Assembly: GCA_951406725.2 (NCBI GenBank)
Contig: OX597820.1
Coordinates: 128,402,001 to 128,466,000 of the forward strand
DNA: 64,000 nucleotides
From: Octopus vulgaris
Taxonomy: Eukaryota
Direction of reading: 5' to 3'
Part shown: positions 12,991 through 23,900 of the stretch, one piece after another
Numbering within the stretch: position 1 is the first letter of the stretch
Layout: each line of letters opens with the position of its first letter
Position numbers and translations under genes: made by a program
Notes under the pieces: model-generated
Database searches by the model: none
Told to the model about the DNA's origin: nothing
Seen by the model: only the letters and a program-made list of their open reading frames with translations

Positions 12991-14386
12991 TTCACTTTCC
13001 CTGTCAGCACTACAGCATGGGACCAGAGGTAGGACTTGATTATCTGTCCATCTTGGATGCGTAAACCCTTCTCTCCCATTTGTTTCCTCATCTTTAGTTC
13101 GGATATTAGGTTTCTCCGGCGAATTCTCTCTCTTAGTGAGTATTCCTCGCGAAAACCCATATTGGGGTCCTCCCAGGCATGCGTCTGAGCTCTGTTCAGA
13201 AAGACTGAAGCCTCCCGATTGGAAGAAAAGATTACCCTTATTGGGCGTGGTCTAGCATCTGAGGTTGGGTTCGCTTGGAATCTTCCTAGCCGAGCGACCT
13301 TATGGACACAGACATTTTCGTTCACAGAGAACAATTCTCCAACTAAAATGGAAACAAAATTAATGTCATCTTTTAGGCGGTTTATGCCTGTATCACAGGT
13401 GGATTCAACTTTACCATAAATGATTGCTGATCTTGAGTGGGCAAAATGTTCTCTACTATGAGCTGCGGTATTCGATTCTTCATTGGATGATTTCGAAAGG
13501 GTGGTTTCATAGCCATCAGACTTATGTCGGCCTGTGGGGTCGATCGGAATGGGTTTAGTGGTCATAATTTTCCCGCCTGATTTGAAACTGCACTGCCTCT
13601 TCTTCGGTTTGGGGGAGCACCACTCCCCAGATGAACTCACATCGAGATCGTTCAGAATTGGTTGAGCAATGGCATTAATGGGAAGGACAAGTGAGGGAGA
13701 ATCCAAACAGATTTTATCGTGATCAGGTTTCATAGCCAAATCTGCCCTACTGGAGTTTTGACTACGTTTCTTCTTTTGGGGAGAACAACGGTCTTCAAAT
13801 TAGTTGGGAACCTCCGGACCGAAAAGGCAGACGAGGAAGAATCCACACAGGAACGATATGTGCAGAAACGACCGCCGGTTCCTTCGTTTGAGTCTGGACG
13901 CTCCTCAAATTAGGGTTGGGGAACCTCCGGGACCGAAAAGGCAGACGAGGAAGAATCCGCACAGGAACGATCATGTGCAGAAACGACCGCCGGTTCCTTC
14001 GCTTTCTTTGGCCGCTTCGATTTTGTTCCCTTCGGTTTGGACGTCTCCAGGGAAAAAACCAAGGGTGACTCTGCGTCAACAGGAGACTGTTTATTCAGTA
14101 AAAGAGCAACAACAGACTTTAGGTGCTCGACCTCTTGTTTGAGCAACAGCAACTGCTCGTTGAGCTGACTATTGGTAGGACCATCAACTTGATGAGAAGC
14201 CCTTCTTGCAGATCTGTTTCGATCCGTAGGTAGCTGACATGATGGATGGTTGACTAAAAACAATCTTCTATGGGCTCTAGGACAAATCTGAGTTAAATCA
14301 GGAACAAAAAACAGCTGCAATCCTTGTAGGAGTAGGCGACAGCAGACAAAATCTGAGAGTTTGGGCTGAGCCGAATCACAATCCAA
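12987..14386 (-). pseudogene. LINE ORF1 (coiled-coil + RRM-like), split by indels in an internal tandem duplication
   Basis: ORF 12987-13739 (RSAIIYG..ES, ARLGR..RPRPIRVIF, ERIRRRNLISELKMRK.GEK.L.I..G.I) is CR1-type ORF1; upstream coiled-coil ORF 13910-14386; about 113-bp direct repeat at 13797-14000. Confidence 0.75.
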
Positions 14387-15028
14387 GATTGAAAGCAGAC
14401 GGTGAAACGAGTCGGGAACCCTTCCTAATTGTCTGAAGCAGCTTTAGGATAAGGGATAGTAGGTCCAACTTTAGAATATTGATATGCATGTAAAATGTTC
14501 CACACAATTAAATATCATTTGACGTGCCATTTAGTACTTCAATAATTGTGTCTGCGCATGTTTGTACATGTGTGAATAATGTGTTTATGTGCGAGAAGGC
14601 ACATGTTTTTGTCTATCGTTAATTTAGATTATTAAGTTTTTCTTCTTTTTTTTCTCACGTTTTTCCCTTTTAAAGTATTTATTTTTATAGTAATTTATAC
14701 GTTGGAGGGAGGGCTGAGGGTGTGTTTTTATTGTAAATTCTCTTTTCTCCCAACACAGAGAAAGAAAGGGATTTTTCGTTGGTGCCAGACACCAACGGTA
14801 TAATTCAGACACGGGGAAAGACATCTCGGTGTCATCGTCAACTTGAATGTTTCTAATTGTAGCGATAGTAGTAACAGCAGTAAATTCTGATAGCAGCAGT
14901 AGCAATAGTTCATAAAGTGAGATGAAGAACGATCGGTCAAAGAGAGTTCAAATTGTCTGCAATAGTGTTGATGGAATTTGCGAACAGTGACCTTGACTTT
15001 GAGAAAAATCAAGGAGGGGCCGACTATG

Positions 15029-16192
15029 TTAGTTAGTTAGTTAATTTGGCTCAAAAGCAAATAGCAAGGCCATGTAGGGGGACATGGAGTTAAGTACAGG
15101 GTGGTGTTCATGTAAAGAGTTCAGGCCACTTGAGGTCCAGGGAGGCTTTGAACAAAGCGGTCGTCGGCATCTTCACCATCTCGTCTGGCAGCTTATTCCA
15201 CGGATCCGCAACCCGGACGGAGAAAGCTCCTCTCCTTCGATTGAGATGAAATCGTCGCAGGTAGAGCTTTTCGGAATGACCTCGCAGCCGACGCTCTGGA
15301 GCAGGAGTGAAGAACAGCTCTTTCGAGAGGTTACACTTTCCGCTTATAATGTTGTGGGCGAGAATGAGATCACCACGGCGGCAGCGTTTTTCAAGAGAAT
15401 AAAGGTCGAGCGTCCTCAGCCTTTCTTCGTAGGACAAATTTTTGAGACCATGAACCATGCGGGTAGCCAGCTTCTGGACTCTTTCGAGATGCTGTATGTC
15501 TTTGAGGAGATAAGGAGAAGAGGCTTCAATCCCATACTCCAATATGGGTCTCACCAGCGTGACATAGAGTGGTAGGAATATGGCTGCTGTGAGCATTCCG
15601 AATGACCGTCGAATCAAGAACAGAATTCCGCGTGCTTTGTTGGCAGCATGGACGCACTGGGCCGAAGGCGAAAAGGAGGAATCCACCAAGATACCCAGGT
15701 CCTTTACCTGATCGGTCCTCTCCAGCAGCAGATGACCCGGCTCGAAATCAAGTTGAGTTGCAGGAGTAGAGCCGACAGGCAGATGACACGTTCAGACACA
15801 TGTCCCAATCGTTAGACCACTTCCAAATTTGGTGGAGGCATCGACGAAGATCCTCTATATTACCGCGAGGAGCGACCAGTTTGATATCGTCGGCAAATAG
15901 AAGGGTGTGTTGCGTGAAGTCGTCGGGCAAGTCATTTATGAAGACTAAGAACAACAAGGGCCCAAGCATTGAACCTTGAGGCACGCCACTGCTCGCACTG
16001 GAGACGTCGGACCGCGAACCATTAACTTGGACTTGGAAGGAGCGATCTGAGAGGAAGGCACCAACCCATCGTACAATATCCGGATGGAAACTATGCTTGA
16101 AGCTTGACAAGTAATAGGCGGTGGTTTACCGAGTCAAAAGCTTTGGCAAAGTTCAATAAAACGATGTCAACAGCATCACTATCATCGAGGAT
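15029..16192 (-). mobile_element. 5'-truncated near-identical copy of the CR1-group LINE at 10017
   Basis: Near-identical to 10030-11204 including tail and 3'UTR; small deletions cause frameshifts. Confidence 0.95.
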
Positions 16193-17881
16193 AGTACTTG
16201 TGAATAGAGTCGTGTACGAGCAGAGCGAAAACTATAAAGAGTATTTTTTCTGTTCTTTTTTTTTTGTTTCTTCTAATGGTTCAGTGGTTTTTGCATGACG
16301 CAGAACAGCAAGCATATCACTAGTGCAGATACTCGAATAATCAAGTTCCATCATGTATATCTATACTGATCTTACTGGAAAAGAAACGAATTTGTAAAAC
16401 AAACGAAACACTGCTGGAGTGAATAATTGCAAATAAAATATATATAATCATAGATCAAAGGAAACCTAATCCGTTAGTATGATTATATATGGAGTATTAT
16501 TTTCTAGTAATCTAAAAGTCAGCACGATAGACAAAATGCTTAGCGGCATTTTCTCGATCCGAGTTCAACTTTGCCTTTCAGGAGGTCGATAAAACAAGTG
16601 CCATCTGAGCGCTGGAGTCTATGTAATCGACTAATCCTCTCCCTAACATTGCTGGCTTTGTACCAAAATTTAAAACCATTAATTTCTGACAATTTATAAT
16701 AAATGAAAAGCGATAATGTTATAGAAGGCTGCTATAGTTTAGAAATCGCTGGAGGAATTGCCAATAATGAGAATCCACATATTGCTTTTATATTCTAACG
16801 ATTAAACTTATTTGGAGAAAAGGAAATCTAATAATTTTCTACTGAGATACAGATTTTGAAATGAATTTCAAAATATTTTTTAAATGAGATTTCTTATAGA
16901 AAAAATATTTATAAAAGGGACATTACTCTAGCCTAGGCGTAAATATTCCATTAGTCTATCTACTAAATATGAGAAAAATGAGGCAAACACTTTGTAATAC
17001 AGTCACGTCACAAACAACCTGCGGCACCTTTTGAATGGCACGTCTAAACGAAAAATTAAATTCAATGTTTTTAATAGTTTGGCCCGTCTGATGATCTATC
17101 TCTCGAGTGTTATGGTACATGGGTTTTCAAATTAAATTTGACTATTTCTGCTTTGGAGAGCATGAAGATTTAAAGCTGTACTTGCGCCAGGTATGAAAAT
17201 GACTACTGTTCACTGTGAAGAGTGTAAAAGTTGTAAGACGTGACATGAACAGCTGCAGCAGAAACTACGAAGTCGTGGTGAAGTGTTCTGAGCGTCCACA
17301 CACCAAAATTCATCCAACCGCTGTCTGCAACACCAAGGCCATGCAGGTGGCTAAGAAGAGTGCTTGAAGATTACTCCCATGTGCCAGATTCCGGTGCCTT
17401 CAGGTCGTTGTGGAAGCTGAGGACGGCTACATTCAGACAAGTTTCCTAGATGGTGCCATTTTTCATGTCTGTAGCAGGTACTCATTTTTTATGCTATCAT
17501 GTTCTATTCGTTTCACCAACAAGACAGATAATTATATTGATTTAAAGATGATAGAATGAATAGAAATTGTTAAATTTTATGTAATGTTTTCACTCAACAT
17601 TGCTCTGTTTCAAAAGGAAGTTTTGATCATTCAATTGCATATTTTAAACATTCAGAAACTCTGAAATACCAAATATTCTTCCATCATTGTATAAAGAAAG
17701 AGAAAAAATAACCCTTCATGCAGCAACAAGATGAACAAGGTATATAACTGCAGTATAAGTGAACAGCACAAGACAATATTTTGATCATACAATACCAAAA
17801 AAATAAAATCTGAACAGTAATGTAATGTGAACAATGGTTAATAAATGCAACACAAAAGAAAATATTAAACTCAGTAAATTA

Positions 17882-17887
17882 TTTATT
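17882..17887 (-). promoter_or_regulatory. RPS10: Polyadenylation signal AATAAA of RPS10
   Basis: TTTATT on plus strand, 11 nt after the TAA stop; short 3'UTR typical of ribosomal protein mRNAs. Confidence 0.75.
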
Positions 17888-17898
17888 TCCAAAATCCA

Positions 17899-17931
17899 TT
17901 ACTCTACATTCCCTCGGCCAAATCCAGCTCT
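17899..17931 (-). CDS. RPS10: RPS10 last coding exon ([10 protein letters not shown])
   Basis: Acceptor tctttcag at 17932; RxGFGRG C-terminal motif; TAA at 17901-17899. Confidence 0.92.
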   Translation of the reverse strand, partial: RAGFGRGNVE

Positions 17932-20900
17932 CTGAAAGATGACAAAAATTAAAGATCTGATTAGAAATTGTGTATATGATTGAAAAACTATAAACAGTAC
18001 TGAGAAGACAAGTTACAATTTACATATTGTTGTATTTAGGAATGGTCATTTTGCCAGTTTAGCCAATAAAAACACACGCACTATATATTTGGTGTTACTT
18101 TGCTTCAGCATTATTTATTTTTTATATTAATCTTAATTCGGCCAGAGTTCTTTTGTCAAACTCCTGTGACCGCATCAGTGGTCCTTTGCTTTCTTCTTTC
18201 TTATTTGTGTGTCTCTCCTTACTAACACACAAATAAGAAAGAAGAAAGCAAAGGACGACTGATGAGGTCACAGGAGTGTGACGAAAGGACTCTGGCCGAA
18301 ATAAGATTAAGATTAATGTAAAAAATAAATAACACTGAAGCAAAGTAACACCAAATATATAGTGCGTGTGTTTTTATTGGCTAAACTGGCAAAATGACCA
18401 TTCCTCAATACAACAATATATGTTTCAACACATGATTTCACATCAAAAATCTTGCAAAACAAATATATAAATGTAACAATTTACATAATTATTTCTTTTA
18501 ATGATAAAATCAGGATGTATGCATGAAGCAAAGAATGAACTGAAAAGACTAAAAGTGAAAGTTTCAATTCAAGCTCAATCTTTTTTTTTTTTGTTTTCCT
18601 ATTTTTATTTTCTATTTATGAAAGCATGTTTCGTCATTTTAAATTTCTAACAGGGAAATTATCAATGATATATGATATTGGTAGTAAGAGTTCTTGTGAC
18701 AGAAGCAGCAACTGCTTGTTTTGAGATTCAAAATCTAACAGACAGCTCCATGTCAATTTTCATATTATACAGCAGATTATAATTAGAAGTAATTAGTAGT
18801 GTCTAGCATAAACAGTAGGATAGTTTATGCCAGACATACAATAGTTTCATTTAATTGTTTATGTACATTGTTGTTATTGACAGCAGAAAAAAATGTATAA
18901 AATTCAGTGAAGTTAACAAGCTTTTTCTAGTAATTCAGAGACATAAACTATTCCATTCTGTCAAAATAACTACAGCCTTTATTCATAGGTTACATACTTT
19001 AGGGCAAAAGCCTATTTTATAAAAACAGCAAAGCAAGAAACAATAACATGGTGTCTTTTCTACAGCATAGGACAGACATGACTAGTTTAAAAGTTTGTTT
19101 TACAACCTCATGGTCTCCAGTTCAGTACCACTGCACAACTTTTCATCATCATCATTAACGTCCGCTTTCCATGCTAGCATGGGTTGGACGAATGACTGAG
19201 GGCTGGCAAACCAGATGGCTGCACCAGACTTCAATCTTGATCTGGCAGTGTTTCTACAGCTGGATGCCCTTCCTAACGCCAACCACTCCAAGAGTGTAGT
19301 GGTTGCTTTTACGTGCCACTGGCACGGGGGCCAGTCAGGTGGTACTGTCAACAACCTCGCTCGAATCTTTTACACATGCCACCGGCACAGGTGCCAGTCA
19401 GGCGATGCTGGTGACGATCACACTCGAATGGTGTCTTCTACATGCCAGAGGCACGGAGGCCAGATAGCCGTGACATTTTACGTAAATCTTTCAGCATGTG
19501 TTTCCAACATTAATACTGAAAACAGTGGACTATTAAATACACAAAATATCTATCAAAATGTATGCATAAAAAAAAGTGGAGGTTAAAACAATGATGCTAG
19601 CAATAAGTGATTGCTCAAAATACTTACATATTGAATGTCTCTTAAACTGCCTGGACCAGCATCAGTCTTTTTATCACCACCCATTCCTGTAAAAAAAAAA
19701 GCAAAAATAATAACAATGTCACCATTCTAAATATGCCAAAACTGAGAAATTTCAAATTTCAATCACTTATTTTAAGAAGAGAATTGAACCAACTTTTAAG
19801 TATTGGAAAATAGGGTAATATAAATATTATCAAGTGTAGTTCAAGTAATACTAAAACCCACAATTCAAAGTACATGTTGCTCAGAATAAAGCAGAATCCA
19901 AATCCATGATAAAGAGTTAACCACATGTTAAACTCTTAAAATCAAAGATTTGACAACCCACATCTCTGGTTGCTTTCAGGACCCCTGCGCTTATCATCAT
20001 AGCAAAACAGCATTAAATCAGAATTGCATATCAAGAAATTACATTTCTTTTTAGTAAAGCTAATTCCCTACATGGTGATAAGTTTCAAATGATGCCTATA
20101 AATTTCTTATAGTTTATATGAATCATAAATATACAGGAAGAAATAAGCAACATTAACCAATAACTTAGGATTTCCATTATACTGACAAGAACAGAAAAAA
20201 CCAAAAAATGTTTTGGTCTTGAGCCTTCGTTATACTTGCCTAAAAGCCAATTTCCCATATCAATTATTGTTACATTACTAAATACATCACTTACCAGAAG
20301 GTGCTCTCCTGTATTCACGGTCAGATGAAGGGCCACCACGGGACAATTCAGGTGCTAAAAAAATAAATAAAAAACAAATTTAAGAAAATATTTTAAAAAT
20401 GCATTTCTAATTTTTTCAATGTGCCATCAAAACAGATTGCTAACAACGAAAAAGAAAAAAACTGGCCCTTGCTTTTCTCCTAACTCTTCCATTACTATAT
20501 TGCTTACCAAACTGCACCCCTAAAGTGTGTTGCAATTGAATTGAATTCTAAAATAATCATGAATTTATCCATAAAAACATTTATCTATCAACATAATGTT
20601 AGTTTTGGAACACGATTTAACAAAAAGTTCTTAAATTTATTTCACAATTTTTTGTCTCAAGTCTCATCTACATACAGGTAATAAATTCAAAATATAAAAT
20701 TATTTTGATAAATCTGTCAAAAATGAATTAATATTCAATGACTATTGAACAAAATTTTAATACAGAAGAATTGTGCAAATTACTGCATTATCTATCAATA
20801 TAAGACCAAAACTAGGAAATGAAATAGGAATGAAATTCCAAGACATTCCAAATCAAGACTTTTTTCTTCAAATTCACTCAAATAATTTAATTTTCAAGAA

Positions 20901-23900
20901 TTTGATAAACTTTAAATTTCAAATCCTAAAAATTTAGCATTTTGGACTGATGGTATATTTGCATCTGTGAACATGTGTGTGATTGGATAAGACTAAACAT
21001 GTAATCCAGTATACTATGGAGGTAGTTTTATATAAACCTTATATACTATATAGTGAATTTAAAAGCAATTTTAATAATTTCACAAACACTTGGGTGCAGG
21101 TGAAGAATTTGCTTCCTAACCACAAAGTTCTGGCATGGCATCTCAAGTGTCTTTTACAGTACAGGGGGTGAATTTAAGCCCTGTAAGTGGATTTGATGGA
21201 TGTAAACTGCAAGAAGTCCATTGTTCTAAATACGTATGTATATACCTGTCCTCCCCGCATCACCACTCTGTCCCCTTAAATTAGCAGTTTGGCAAATGAC
21301 TGACAAAGTACCAGGCTTTAAAACATAAGCACTGGAGTCAATTCATTTGACTAAAAACCCTTCGAAATAGTGTCCCAGAATGGCCACGGTCCAATGACTA
21401 AGACATGTTGATGCTCAAGTCAGGTGTAATGTGAAAGTAATTCAGTGTAGCTTTTTGCTCACATTATGATCTTCAGCCCAAAGTGGTATGGATATTCATG
21501 ATCTTTTGCTTTGCACAATATTTCACATTTCCATTCATTACTATGACTTTAACACTTTCAACACAAAATACATGATAAATAATGCACATGAGGTTTTGTT
21601 GCGGCTGACAGTAAACCACCACCAACTTTTAACCCAGCTGGGCATGCTCAGCCAATGTTATTCCCAAAAGATTAACATTCTGATGTCACTTTGTTGTGAT
21701 GCTTCTTTTAATCTGAAAAGTTTGATTTCATAATTTCAAAAAGTATTAAAAGGAAAGTGATACTCAGGTAGCATGGTTTTCATTTTGACAGAACACTCAA
21801 AGAGGGTTTTATTTACCTTGTGTCTGGCATTCCTAGCAGAAACAAGATACAGATTGTTTTTGTCTCCATAAAAGATTTTTAAGTGTTTCTTCTAGAGTAA
21901 GAAGAAACATTAGAAAAACCATTAACCTTTTTGTTATATTCTTGTTGAAATTACTTTTGAAAATGAATTTAAAATAATTCTGTTGTTAATAATCTGGAAT
22001 TTGGGACATAAATTAACATGGAATTTGGCTGGAATGTTTTAGTTCAGTCTCAAGTAGGTTGGTATCGAAAGGGGAATCTTAGCGCAGACAATAAAAAACA
22101 AAATTACGTATCATTTAATGTCTGTTCAGCAAGAACAGACATTAAATGATAATGAAGCCAATATATGAAACATATTTTGAAGGAGGATTTTAGATTAAAT
22201 GAAGCTTGTATCAGAACCTGAAGCAGTGTTGGTAACAAAAGGGTTCATTCATTGGGGGCTTTATTTACACCCAACAAATACAACAATATTTATCTACGGG
22301 AGTTATAGATTTCTCCTATGAAAGATATATGAAACTGTCAACATAAGATGGCTATTCAGATTAGATCCAGATCTTATTTGAGAATTTCTTGTCAACTTAC
22401 AGCTTCAAGATTTCCTTTTTATACAACATACATAATTATAATCTTAATCACATATCCATAAAGACTTTTGTTTGCTAAACCAACCAGTTTGTTTAAGCAC
22501 AAAAGGCCAAGATCATTTACTCTTTCAATATCAACCCACATAAAGACTATCCTAGGTCCTATGATACAAACTTCCTGTTTTAACCATTTAATAAAATAAC
22601 TCATTATTGAAGTGGTGTTTAGAAATGTAAATTAACATATTTTGATCTATTTCAATTTAGGTCACTTTAAAACAAGCAACTGTTAAAGAACCAGAGGCAA
22701 TTTCAAACAGGTTGGTATCAGAAGGGTTAAAATGATCTACATTAAAAGTTCATGTTAATTTATTCCAAACCCCAAATCAAGAAAGCTTCTTTTACTAAAT
22801 ACTTTTTTTTCCTTTCAAAATTGAAAGAAAGCAATGTATTCCAACAGAAATATGGTAACAAAAGTGTTCAACTCTAAACATTAAAAAAAATTACTTGCAA
22901 CTTTTAAGTTAATTACTAAAACTGATTTCTGATGGGGTAGCAATTCATCTAATAACAAAGTAACGAGTTCATTAGATTAAGTTTTATTTGTGAAATACAG
23001 ATGCTTTGAATTTGCTGCAGAAAGAGGTTTATGTGTCTGATAGATAGTCGGGGTGGGGGCGCTAGGAATGTGGCCTGGGTGTCGAGGGGGCAGCAACCCG
23101 AAAAAGTTTGGGAACCACTGCCTCAGAGGGATGAAAAGCCAGAGTTCACCACTAAAAGCTATTTTAGAAGTGAACCACCATCATTCACTCGTCTCATACA
23201 ATTCTATGCAGTCAGACAATTCAATAAAAATTTTCAATGACAAAAGTCAGTGCTAAAACAAGAAGCAATTTCTAGTTACAAGCAACATAAAAGGATATCA
23301 CTTACCACATACCTCAAGCAAAGTGCAAATAATCCAGTTACTTGCCTCAAACTTGAAAATTTGAGCATTTCTGTGTATGCATTACAGTAATAGCAAATAT
23401 AAAGTTACACACTACTACAGTGCCATTTCTTTAAACTGAAGAGGACGAAAAATGCTTACCCTTTGGTCTTGGTCCACGAACTGCTTCTGTGCGGGTCTGC
23501 CTCTTCAGTGTGGCAGGCACAATTTCAGATGGCAGGTGGAGGAAATCTCTAAGGTATTGGATACCATCATTGGTTAAGTACCAATAATAATGCCTCCAAG
23601 CAAACTGCTCTGTCACGTAAGCACGAGACTTGAGGGACTAAACAAAGAAATTGAAAACTAGAGTCACAAAAGACAAAATAGCATATAGATATATATATAA
23701 AAGAAAAAGAGCTTCAGAATGCCGGATGGTTGTAAAAATATATATTTATTTACATATCACATATTTCTTTATATTAGCGCCTTCAACTACTGTAGTTTCT
23801 TCTGATGAAACTACAGTCGATGAAAGCCCTAATATGAAGAAATAATGTGATATGTAAATAAATATATATTTTTACAACCATCCAGAGGTGCAGCAATGTC

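Larger units (their letters stand above)
10017..14450 (-). mobile_element. Near-full-length, young CR1-group LINE with (TAAC)n 3' tail
   Basis: ORF1 + APE-RT ORF2, short 3'UTR, (TTAG)n on plus strand at 10017-10041; higher GC than flanks; 5' boundary approximate. Confidence 0.92.

Noticed and set aside
21415-21505. Several CTGA motifs on the minus strand suggesting another C/D snoRNA
   Set aside because: No RUGAUGA box C, no terminal stem and no convincing target
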